Positions 50,742 to 62,731 of a stretch of 64,000 nt of DNA are shown in pieces. Under the pieces are notes generated by a model, which was not told the origin of the DNA, did not search any database, and saw nothing but the letters and a program-made list of their open reading frames with translations. The position numbers and the translations under genes were made by a program. Source of the stretch: Octopus sinensis (lineage: Eukaryota); the NCBI RefSeq assembly GCF_006345805.1, contig NC_043003.1:114824001-114888000 (forward strand), in the 5' to 3' direction. How positions within the stretch are numbered: position 1 is the first letter of the stretch; every line of letters begins with the position of its first letter.

Positions 50742-51302
50742 CCTTTCTTTATTGGCCACAAGGGACGAACACAAAAACAGATAGGGAGACTACAAAACGA
50801 GGTACAAGCGGGGTTTAAAGGCAGGAAATGTGTAAGCAGTAAAAAACACAAATTAGTTAACAAAAAATTTCCCAATGGAGGGGAGTTCTCCTCAGGACCA
50901 ACCAAGCCACTCCATACATGCTGGTCATCCCGACTACCAAGGACACACCAAATAGGTACCACTCTTCCCTCCAACTGCTCCGGTTTTCAGACGAATATTC
51001 AAAGTAGGTCCATCCACAGGAGCCACTTTCGCGACATTCAACCACGTTTCATCCTCCCTCTCTACCCTCTCTTTCCTCTTCAAATGGAACTTGAAAAAGT
51101 CGATGAGGTCTCGACCGAAGAGGTACGTGTCTGTCGTCACTCCTTTCAGCCTCGTTCACCACACTACCTCTTTCGCTATAGCCAACACGAAGAGGAAAAC
51201 TCCCTCTCCCCAACGGCCAAAAGAAGGCGGCTGGGCGATTTTCACAATGGACTTGGCTAATAACCTGATCCGTCCTACGCGTGACAACAACTGTTCGCGA
51301 AG
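50741..51302 (-). mobile_element. Tx1/L1-like LINE 3' fragment
   Basis: EQLLSRVGRIRLLAKSIVKIAQPPSF...AKEVVW...FFKFHLKRK; 3' UTR with AATAAA before an (ATT)n tract. Confidence 0.75.
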
Positions 51303-51419
51303 TGTCATCTTGTCTTGTTTGGGTTTGCTTTCACGTTTCACTTTCAAATTTGTTTTTCGTCAAGATATTGTTGTAACTACTTTTGTCAGAAATATATAAC
51401 ACATGAATTATCAATGCAA

Positions 51420-51504
<85 letters not shown>

Positions 51505-52458
51505 TTGTTGTTGTTGTTAAACAACAAGACGGGTAAGGGTGATTAGGTGATTGTCTAGGGAATAGGGGCGGGAGACACTAGACATTGGAAAAAAAAACTT
51601 TGGTCGTCTTGTTGTAACCGAGAGTCCTTCGTTGACGCCCGACATCACTGGGAAGTGGTCCTCGAAGTCGCCGGAAATGGAGATCTCCAGGTCCAAATTC
51701 TTGGACGGCAATTACTGCTGCTGCGATACCGATAGGGAAAATAAGGAAGTTGGCAATTAACAGAAACATGCATCGCCAATCAGATGTGGCGTGTATTTTT
51801 ACTGGAAAAGAAAAGGAGAAAAATCGATTAACACAGGTCGAGTGGGTAACAGAACTAAAGAAAAATAATGTAAATTTCAATTTGCGTTTGAAAAGGAAGG
51901 AATTTTCCGTCAGGAGGAAATAAATGTGGAACTCCGTAAAGTTTTGTAGAACTTGAAAAGAGGAAATGTGGAAAGAAAAATGTGGAAAGAAAAAAAAATT
52001 CATCTGATCATGTGGTGTACCCAGGAAGCTGTTTTTGTAAGGGAGATAAACACTTTTAGATTAATCATGGGAACTCAAAATTTCGAATCTTAATTCCAAG
52101 AGTACCACAGATGATGCTCAGATTATACATATTCAGATTCTTTTAATACTCGTTACAAAGATGCCAACTGGCTTTTTAATCATTGGTAGCCATTGTAGTA
52201 GAACCGTTTCAACGTTCGAAACGAAGTTGATGCTTTGTGCAATGTTTTTCATTTTATTTTTCCTGCGTAGATAAGAATGACAGCTGTCCGTGTTTAACGA
52301 AAATGGTTTTGAAGAAGGCTGAGGGAATGGTTTTTCGAAGCAGAGAATTAGTCCCTGAAGATAAATTTGTTTAAGCAAACACAACAGTAATCACCGATTA
52401 AAAAGCAGAAACCACACAATCACCGTCTGATATAATTAAACGCATACTGTCATATAAT

Positions 52459-52472
52459 TACTACTACTGCTG

Positions 52473-52535
<63 letters not shown>

Positions 52536-52599
52536 ATAATAATAATAATAATAACAATAAAACTACTACTACTACTACTGCTACTACTACTACTACTAT

Positions 52600-52660
<61 letters not shown>

Positions 52661-52748
52661 GCTGCCACTACTACTTCTACTACTACTACTACTACTACTG
52701 CTACTACTACAATTACTACTAATGCTGCAGCTGCTGCTGCTGCTGCTG

Positions 52749-52802
<54 letters not shown>
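52459..52802. repeat. (TAC)n/(TGC)n microsatellite
   Basis: Directly visible. Confidence 0.97.
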
Positions 52803-53325
52803 ATGTAAACGGCCCCAAACGCAATAAATAGACTGTAACTACGACAATATATAATATATTTGTAACATCATAAACACCTGCCTCGAATCCACTTCTCGCC
52901 CTCGCCCGTTGTCATTGCAACAAACATTCGGAACGGCTCCAAACACCGTCAACATCTCATTTCCACCAACATCACATTCATCTCATCCATCACTTCCACA
53001 AGCTTTAACAATAAACATTACTAATACCAAAACAATTTAATCCCCCCCACCCGCTATAGTCGCCACCACCACCACCACTACAACATTAACAAATCATACC
53101 AAAACTACTTATATAACACCACTGCTGTCACTACTATTACATTTAACACCATCTCCACTAATCTGTATCGACATTATTAACACCACCAGATCCATTCATT
53201 ACAACCAGCATCGCTTAAGAGTAAAACCAAGAGAACATTAAATCTACCATTAGGACGAACGCATTCAGCGACGCAGACACCCTTACATGCATTATCAACG
53301 CAATCGCCAATAGTTTTAGCAATCA

Positions 53326-54790
53326 ATACTAGCCTCGTTGTTATATATACACATATTAAACCGAGTTGGAATCAGAGCTGTGACAAGCATGCCTTTCCCA
53401 ATAGCTTTAGAACCAAGAGCCAAATGCAATTAAATTTTGTACAGATTTTGAAAATGTGTCCTTCGCTTCTGTTTGTGAAATCCGGTTTAATCTTGTCCGT
53501 AATATCCAGTTTGATGTATTCGTGAAATCCGGAATATACTAGCCTCGTTGTTATATATACACATTTTAAACCGAGTTGGAATCAGAGCTATGACAAGCAT
53601 GCCTTTCCCAATAGCTTTAGAACCAAGAGCCAAATGCAATTAAATTTTGTACAGATTTTGAAAATGTGTCCTTGGCTTCTCTTTGTGAAATCCGGTTTAA
53701 TCTTGTCCGTAATATCCAGTTTGATGTATTCGTGAAATCCGAATATACTAGCCTCGTTGTTATATATACACATTTTAAACCGAGTTGGAATCAGAGCTAT
53801 GACAAGCATGCCTTTCCCAATAGCTTTAGAACCAAGAGCCAAATGCAATTAAATTTTGTACAGATTTTGAAAATGTGTCCTTGGCTTCTCTTTGTGAAAT
53901 CCGGTTTAATGTTGTCCGTAATATCCAGTTTGATGTATTCGTGAAATCCGGAATATACTAGCCTCGTTGTTATATATACACATTTTAAACCGAGTTGGAA
54001 TCAGAGCTATGACAAGCATGCCTTTCCCAATAGCTTTAGAACCAAGAGCCAAATGCAATTAAATTTTGTACAGATTTTGAAAATGTGTCCTTGGCTTCTC
54101 TTTGTGAAATCCGGTTTAATGTTGTCCGTAATATCCAGTTTGATATTTTCGTGAAACCCGGAATATACTAGCCTCGTTGTTATATATACACATTTTAAAC
54201 CGAGTTGGAATCAGAGCTATGACAAGCATGCCTTTCCCAATAGCTTTAGAACCAAGAGCCAAATGCAATTAAATTTTGTACAGATTTTGAAAATGTGTCC
54301 TTGGCTTCTGTTTGTGAAATCCGGTTTAATGTTGTCCGTAATATCCAGTTTGATATTTTCGTGAAATCCGGAATATACTAGCCTCGTTGTTATATATACA
54401 CATTTTAAACCGAGTTGGAATCAGAGCTATGACAAGCATGCCTTTCCCAATAGCTTTAGAACCAAGAGCCAAATGCAATTAAATTTTGTACAGATTTTGA
54501 AAATGTGTCCTTGGCTTCTCTTTGTGAAATCCGGTTTAATGTTGTCCGTAATATCCAGTTTGATATTTCGTGAAATCCGGAATATACTAGCCTCGTTGTT
54601 ATATATACACATTTTAAACCGAGTTGGAATCAGAGCTATGACAAGCATGCCTTTCCCAATAGCTTTAGAACCAAGAGCCAAATGCAATTAAATTTTGTAC
54701 AGATTTTGAAAATGTGTCCTTGGCTTCTGTTTGTGAAATCCGGTTTAATGTTGTCCGTAATATCCAGTTTGATGTTTACGTAAAATCCGG
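53326..54790. repeat. Tandem array of 7 x ~210 bp near-identical units
   Basis: ATACTAGCCTCG unit starts at 53326, 53536, 53745, 53955, 54165, 54375 and 54584. Confidence 0.97.
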
Positions 54791-54856
54791 CATATTGTTA
54801 TAATGAATTCCGGCTTAATGTTCTCTGTAAAATCCAGTTTAATGTTATCCGTGAAT

Positions 54857-54913
<57 letters not shown>

Positions 54914-54916
54914 AAC

Positions 54917-55032
54917 GGATCTTTTCGGTTTGAACGGCAGTTTTTAACATAATTTCTAGGAACTAAAAAATTTTAAACTTCTTATAATGGTAGAATGTGT
55001 TTATAAAACATATTTTTCTCTTGGCTTTATTG
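54917..55032. mobile_element. Truncated end of the GGATCTTTTCGG MITE family
   Basis: One TIR plus about 85 bp of subterminal sequence. Confidence 0.88.
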
Positions 55033-55128
55033 CACTCTTTAATGATGTTTAGCAGTAGTAGTAGTATTAGTATTAGTATTAGTATTAGTATTAGTAGTAT
55101 TAGTAGTAGTAGTAGTAGTAGTAGTAGT

Positions 55129-55535
55129 GGATGTTTTCAGTTTGAACGGCAGTTTTTTTCTAGCGGTGTCATATGAAATTGTCACCCATAATTATGACCC
55201 TAGTATCGACCCTAGTTTAATTAGGGTTAGGGTTAGGGGTGGGGGAAGGATATCCTTTTTCTTCACAAATGTAAATAAACCCAATCTGTTTCTTAAACGA
55301 GGGACATATTCATACGGCACAGAATGTTTTTTACCTCAATAGACCTCAGTGATTGGTTGAAATTGCAGAAATTGAAGAAAAAAAACCAACAAATATCTTA
55401 CAAACTATAGAATTTTCTCAATAAAGCCAAGAGAAAAAGATGTTTTATAAACACATTCTACCAGTATACGAAGTTTAAATTCTTTTAGTTGCCTAGAAAT
55501 TATGTTAAAAACTGCCGTTCAAACCGAAAAGATCC
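55129..55535. mobile_element. MITE, GGATCTTTTCGG family
   Basis: Both TIRs present (left one degenerate); internal TTAGGG repeats. Confidence 0.9.
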
Positions 55536-56080
55536 AAATAATGTAATAAACGAAATAGATGGCTTATTTACTTGCAGATTCTGAGATCAAATCTTAATAA
55601 GTTCGTCTTTGTGTTTTTTTTCCTATTAAAAGTGATGGATTATACAATGGAAGAATTAGCTTAAGTCAGAAATTATTCGTCATCGAAAAGAACTCCGCTT
55701 AAAGACATTCGATACATGACAATTCCATGGATTTTGTATATCTAAGAGTACACTGTCCAAAATAACCTTTCCGTTTCATTCTGTTGCCAAGGAGTGTAGG
55801 TCTGGCGCCGCAACGCGTTTTCTCCCACTTCGTGTAGAAAATATACAAATTGTAACTATATTTACAAAAACTAAATAAACAGATAAATAAATTAAAGAGT
55901 TTAAGAATTTCTCCCTGCAACACGTGACAATTATGCGTCTGCTACAATTGGCTGAACCTAGACGAGAAAATAAATAGGTAACTGTAACTTTTCTTACGTA
56001 TCAAAGAAAATGGTGTATTTGAATGGGCAACTGTTTTGGATGACAATTTAATCAACGTCTAAAACACTCGTATATGATAA

Positions 56081-56122
<42 letters not shown>

Positions 56123-56642
56123 CACACGCATATATTTATTATATTATAAGTTGATATACTGGGAGTAGAAAGAGAATAATTGGAATCTCTCGAGTGAAGA
56201 GTTGAAATAACTGGCACCAAACGTAATTTGAAATATCAAAATATCTACAGTATCATATATAACTGTAAAAGGAAATATTAATTTCTCTGTGTCCAAGTTA
56301 TTGCTCTTTCTCTCGCTTTTCCTTCTCCTCCTCCTCCCTCTCTCTCTCTCTATATATATATATAGTAGAAATATGTTAGAAAAAGAAAATACAAAACACA
56401 CGTGGAAATGTAAGGGGAAAATTGGAAAAGAAAAATCAACGAAAATGCACATTGTAAATCTAAAAAAGAAAAGGCTTCTTATGAAAAGTAACGACAGATA
56501 TATACATTTAGATGGACTGAGGTAGTAATAAAAGTCATAAAAGTCATTATTATGAGATGATTAAAAAGTCAGAAAACAAAGCATACCATGGTTTCGTCAT
56601 AAGCTATTCATTGCTTTGAATAAACACCGGCTATATATATAT

Positions 56643-56679
<37 letters not shown>

Positions 56680-57058
56680 GCAAATACATACACATACTTG
56701 TTTAGAGTATGCAGGAACAGATGCATGTCCGTGTAATACATTCATGAGCATATACACATATGTGTGTATATGAGAGAGAGAGAGAGAGAGAGAGAAAGAG
56801 ATAAAGGAAGAAAGAGTGCAGGTGGGTGATGAACTCTGGTGTGTGAGAATGTATTGTGTATTGCAAATTGCTAACGTTCGTAGACTAGCAGACAAAAATG
56901 CCTGTTGCTTACAGCTGTTTCGTTTTGACAACTAATTCTACACATATTTAAACGTTCTTATTGACAATTATAGTATTGTTATAATTAGTTATTTTGCAAC
57001 AATAACGGCAAATAATAATAATGATAATAATAATAATAATGATAATGATATAATAATA

Positions 57059-57122
<64 letters not shown>

Positions 57123-57163
57123 CAACAACAACAACAACAATAATAATAATAATAATAATAATG

Positions 57164-57208
<45 letters not shown>

Positions 57209-57334
57209 GCCCTGATGCAGTACCAGGCAGTGGCTTCTGTTCTTAATTGATTGAAGTATTATGTACATTGTTTTGTCTTGGTATAAAAGATTGGCTACAG
57301 CAAATATTTTGCTCAATACCACAGATTTGCTTGT

Positions 57335-58290
57335 ATACTGTTCAAATCACGGAATAGAGACTATATGATCAAACTAGAGCAATAAGAAAATAAATGTTGG
57401 TTCACAGAAGTAGAGCTCGAAGCTATCAAATGACGGATCATGGAAAATAGCAGCAGAGATAACAATGAAAATACAGTTCTTACTAATAAGAGTAATCTCA
57501 TAGCACAGGAAACGAACAATGGTAGTTTACTTGATGAGAGACATATAGATGATCGAAAAGAAGACAATAAACCTAATGGCGACATGACAAATGAACAAAA
57601 GACAATCTACGACAGAATAAAGGTAAGACTACAGGAGAACGATAGCAACGTTATTTGCAACCTTAAAAATGTTGATCGATGGAAATTGAACCAAGAAACA
57701 AAAAATGTCAAATATCAACAAAATCATTCAGAAGAGCAAATGAAGAATCTGCAGGAAAAGAAACGAAAGTATTAATCCTCTCTTCGTCATAAACTAGCAT
57801 AAAAAAGGCTGAAAGCAGGTTTGACTGTCAAGTTACAAGATCGTCCCGAGATGTTCTTCGAGGGTTTCGATTCAAAACAAGAAATTGGTATGAACATGAA
57901 CTAGATGTTCTAAGAGAGAATGAGAATCGTAGGATATTTCGGGGCTTTCCCATAAAGGTTAAACCATACTATGGAAGAAAAAAGGACCAGATACAATTCT
58001 AGAGGAGAAAATAAACAGTGTGAGATAATATAGTTTGCAATTTCCTGATAGCGAAAGTGATACAAACGAAATTCGAAACTTTGAGAAACATAAGATGCTG
58101 AAGAGATTAAGGCAAGGGTTATTCCTATGGTAATTATTGCACTTGGCACAACCAAACTGCTACCTAAAAAGCTGAAGGGTATTGGAATTGAAACTCGCAT
58201 TGTCGACATGTAGAAAAGTACCATCGTATATTCTGCAAGAATGGTAAGAAAGATTCTTGAGATAAGGACACCCAAAACTCAAGAGAGTAA
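57335..58290 (+). mobile_element. Internally deleted, decayed R4/Dong-like LINE
   Basis: N-terminal RLYDQTRAIR...WFTEVELEAIK and C-terminal VIPMVIIALGT...IGIETRIVDM...SARMVRKILEI. Confidence 0.65.
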
Positions 58291-59010
58291 TTCTGCTAAT
58301 TAAATTAACATGTACTAGCTTGATAGCTACAACACCACCACAATCACCACCACCACCAGCATCACCAACACCACCCCAACCAACAACACCAACAACAATA
58401 ATAATAATAAGTGAAGAAAGAAAATGGACAATGAGTCGGTGAAAAAGTAAAATATTTCCTTTTCCATATCAAATTCACTTTTGCAGATATCTTCCAGGAA
58501 TTCATTTTAATAATTGTACATTTCTGGGATTACATATAATTACAGTCTAGCGATTGTCTCCCATCATTCAATAGATGGTTCTGTTCAGTTCATGTGACTT
58601 CTCAGTCAAATTGTTAACACCCTGCTAGTTGTTGCATAACTCATCTGAAAGAGCTCCGATACATTAACTTAATTTGTTATGATTTGTTAAATTTGGCCTT
58701 CGACGTATGAGTGGCGTCCACATTGCTCAGAATAAATTTCCATCCTTATTGACGTTTCTTATATACCACACAGCATTCCACCCGACACAAAGAATGTGAT
58801 AGATACAGAAAGAAAGAGAGAGAGAGAGATAGATTTTGAGGGAGCTACAGAATCAGAGAGAGAAAGACAGGCAGACACTAAAAGAGACAGAAATTGCGAA
58901 GACATGATTACATTAATTGATTGTTGGTTCATTTAAAGATCGTGTATCGGGTAAAGTTTGGTGACGCCGGATTTGGAATTGAGAAGGTTGTACACACACA
59001 CACACACACA

Positions 59011-59062
<52 letters not shown>

Positions 59063-59458
59063 GCACACACACATACACACATACATATGTATTAGTATAT
59101 CTATCTATGTATCTATCTGTCTATCGACCTATCTAACTCTTTCTCTCGCATATGTATGAGTGTAGGTATGTGTGTTCGCATAAATAGTAAGGTTACTAAT
59201 TTGGACGCATGAAAGTGTTACATCGCTTTGGTGTAGAGATTGACATGCTCTACACTTTAAAGACGACATGGAAATCGATGCCATTATGAATGTTACCACT
59301 GTCTACCATTACATACACACACTCTCTCTCTCGCTCTATCACTCTGTATATATATATATAATATATATATATATATAGATATAGATATATATACACACAT
59401 ACACACACACACATACAAACACACACATACACACACTCTCTCTCTCGCTCTATCACTC

Positions 59459-59516
<58 letters not shown>

Positions 59517-60129
59517 TAGATAGATATATAGATATATATATATGTGTGTGTGTGCGTGTGAGCGTGTGTGTGTGTGTTTATGTGTGTGTATAAGAATGTA
59601 TGATGTGTGGTTATTTGATTTCAGTCGTCTTTAGTTTCCCGCCTTCGATCTCATCAGACAAAGAATTTGATATAAAAATATTGCTTTTATAGAAAAGCAC
59701 ATGTCAGGGAAGGGAATCAGTCTTAAATGTCGTTAGTAAAGGCTGAATAAATAGAAACATGTATACGAGTTGGATATATTACAAAATGTAAGAGAGAAAC
59801 GCGGAGAAAATTGAACTGCAATCAAACATCTGCTCGCCAAATAACTCTACATATTCTTAAGATTATTTGATAATAAATATACACACATATTTACATTTTT
59901 GTATACACAAATAGATATATAGCTATCTTTGTATTACATGGAAAAATGCGAGCAAGAGAAATAATATTCTTAAGATTGTAAACCTGGAAAATTACAAGAC
60001 AAGTTATTAAACTTGGAAAGGTTCAGAACAACTCATTACATCAGGTAAAGTACAGAACAAGAAAATTTTTCCATAAAATATTGCAGCTAAGGATAAAATT
60101 TGAAATAAAATATTTAGATTCAGAAAATA

Positions 60130-60525
60130 CTAGCAGTATCGCCCGGCGTTGCTCGGGTTTGTAAGGGAAATAACTATAAAGCATTTTAGAGAGTTGTAGC
60201 CAAAAAATAGCAAAAAAATGAATTAAAAATGGAAAAAAAAATGATGGTAATTTTTTTTTTAAATCGTTGACTCATCGTAGACATTTTTAGAGAGTTACTT
60301 CTCTTATATAATAGCGAAAAAATGCATTAAAATGGAAAAAAAATGATGGTAATTTTTTTAAAATCGTAGACTCATCGTAGACGCGCGCTAATACCCAGAA
60401 GGGCTCGATATGAATCACGACTATAAGATACCCGGTTTTGGTTACACTGCATCGCAAAATGTGGGAGTAGTTAGGAATCTAAATCGTAGGAGACAGACAC
60501 ACAACTTCGCTTTTATATATAAAGA
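60130..60525 (-). mobile_element. Non-autonomous Helitron
   Basis: Minus strand A|TCTTTATATATAAAAG start; CCCGAGCAACGCCGGG hairpin and CTAG|T end, similar to the 43935-43963 terminus; internal ~115 bp duplication. Confidence 0.9.
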
Positions 60526-61153
60526 TTAGCTTTTATTAAAACTAAAACTTTTATTACAAGTTATTACTTCCATATGTTATAACTTGTTACTTCTACTAAA
60601 AATAAAATAAATAACTCAAGCTAATTTTTGCATTTAAAAAAAATTCATTTTTTAAATTATTAATTAGAAATTTGAAATTATGTTCTAAACAATAATAGTA
60701 GTACATAATTAGTTCGTACAATATGAATGATGCAAAAATTAGTAATATATTGTAGAAAAATCTATCTATATCAACAAATTCACAATAATATTTGCTTGAG
60801 TTATTGCCTAAATTATTGTCATGTCTTCACATTTTTATTCTTGACCCAATGCCTATTTTTTACATAATGAATTTGCCTACCATATATACTATTCTATTTT
60901 GCATAAAACTTTAGCTATTTTGCTTTTTCTGGCTCTCATTTTTTAAGTATTTTAGTGTGTTAATATTCTAACAAAATGATGGTACCTTTTTTTAAATTAT
61001 AATGTTACTTTCTAAATTATAATCATATAATTTTTAATATTCAAATTTTATTCTTAACTGTAATATTATAAGTAAACATTTTTTTGTTCTGTACTTTACC
61101 AGTTGTAATAACTTGTCCTGTACTTTTCCATGTTTATAATCTTAAGAATATTA

Positions 61154-61478
61154 CTCTTTTACTCTTTTACTCTTTTACTTGTTTCAGTCATTTGCCTGCG
61201 GCCATGCTGGAGCACCGCCTTTAATCGAGCAATTCGATCCCGGGACTTATTCTTTTGTAAGCCCAGTACTTATTCTATCGGTCTCTTTTGCCGAACCGCT
61301 AAGTAGCGGGGACATAAACACACCAGCATCGGTTGTCAAGCAATGCTAGGGGGACAAACACAGACACACATACACTCATATATATATACATATATACGAC
61401 GGGCTTCTTTCAGTTTCCGTCTACCAAATCGACTCACAGGGCTTTGGTCGGCCCGAGGCTATAGTAGAAGACACTTGC
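61154..61478 (-). mobile_element. SINE family B, 5'-truncated
   Basis: Collinear with other copies but lacks the tRNA head. Confidence 0.9.
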
Positions 61479-62313
61479 ATTTCTTTTGCTCGCATTTTTT
61501 CCTATATTCCATGTTTTTTTTCAGTCTATGCTATTATGCTTAGTATTAATGTGTCGAATGTGCCAATAAGAGGTGTTGTTGATAATTTTTTCCAGACATA
61601 AATGACGACGGTGACATATATTAAAAGTCCCCTTATATAACTATATTTATAAAAAGTATAGAACTATATTATCACCCTCAAATTTGAGAAACAAACACTC
61701 ATAACATTGTATTTCTTTCAAAGCTTCATTGTATGACATTGATACCATAAAATTCCTCGAAATGAATTCTATCATTTAAGCTTAATTAAAATATAGTTTG
61801 TTTTCAAATAAAAAAAAATGTTAATTATACTTAAATCCAATTTTTTGCCCTGCTTATATTTTTTCTCATGGCAATTCTTAGTTACATGGGGCCAAAACTA
61901 TGAAAGTCCTCATGCTTTCTTCTATCATTAAAGCTAAGATAAATATATTTTTGCTTTTAAACTGAAAAAGTTATTTAGATATAAACTTGATTGGAGGCGT
62001 TACTTACTCTCCTAAAACGTTGCTGCAAATTTTGACGTAAACTTTTTTCTACTGGATCAAATCTCAAATTTTTTATGCCAAAATATAGCTAGGGACCAGG
62101 TCTCTTCAAAATACTAGCAGTTTTTAATTTGGTTAAGATCTGAATAGATCGAATTCTAGGTCGAATGATTTCATCTCCAAATGAACCTCATTTATGACTT
62201 TAATCCCCGAGAAAAAGACAGCTGACGTTACAGGTTATTCTCTCTACTTTTAGATGGTGTTAAAAATATAAAATAAAATAAACCTAAACAGCTATATGTT
62301 TGCTTATCCTTTG

Positions 62314-62731
62314 GGATCTTTTCGGTTTGAACGGCAGTTTTTAACATAATTTCTAGGTAACTAAAAAATTTTAAACTTTGTATACTGGTAGAATGTGTTT
62401 ATAAAACATCTTTTTCTCTTGGTTTTATTGAGAAAATTCTATAGTTTGTAAGATATTTGTTGTTATTTTTCTTCAATTTCTGCAATTTCAACCAAGCACT
62501 GACGTGTATTGAGGTGAAAAACATTCTGTGCCGTATGAATATGTCCCTCGTTTAAGAAACAGATTGGGTTTATTTACATTTGTGAGGAAAAAAATATACC
62601 CTTCCCCCCAATCCTAACCCTAACCCTAAAAGAGATTGAAATGCAATAGATCGATACTAAGGTCATAATTATGGGTGACAATTTCATATGTCACCGCTAG
62701 AAAAAAACTGCCTTTCAAACCGAAAAGATCC
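62314..62731. mobile_element. MITE, GGATCTTTTCGG family
   Basis: Both TIRs; 8 bp TSD ATCCTTTG / ATCCTTTC (7 of 8). Confidence 0.92.

Larger units (their letters stand above)
59940..61502. mobile_element. TIR-bounded non-autonomous DNA element containing a nested Helitron and SINE
   Basis: 59940-60030 is an imperfect reverse complement of 61084-61153 plus 61479-61502 once the SINE is removed. Confidence 0.7.

Noticed and set aside
53588-54691. Repeated 72-92 aa ORFs in the 210 bp array
   Set aside because: They arise only where single-base indels shift frame between units; there is no continuous ORF across the array.
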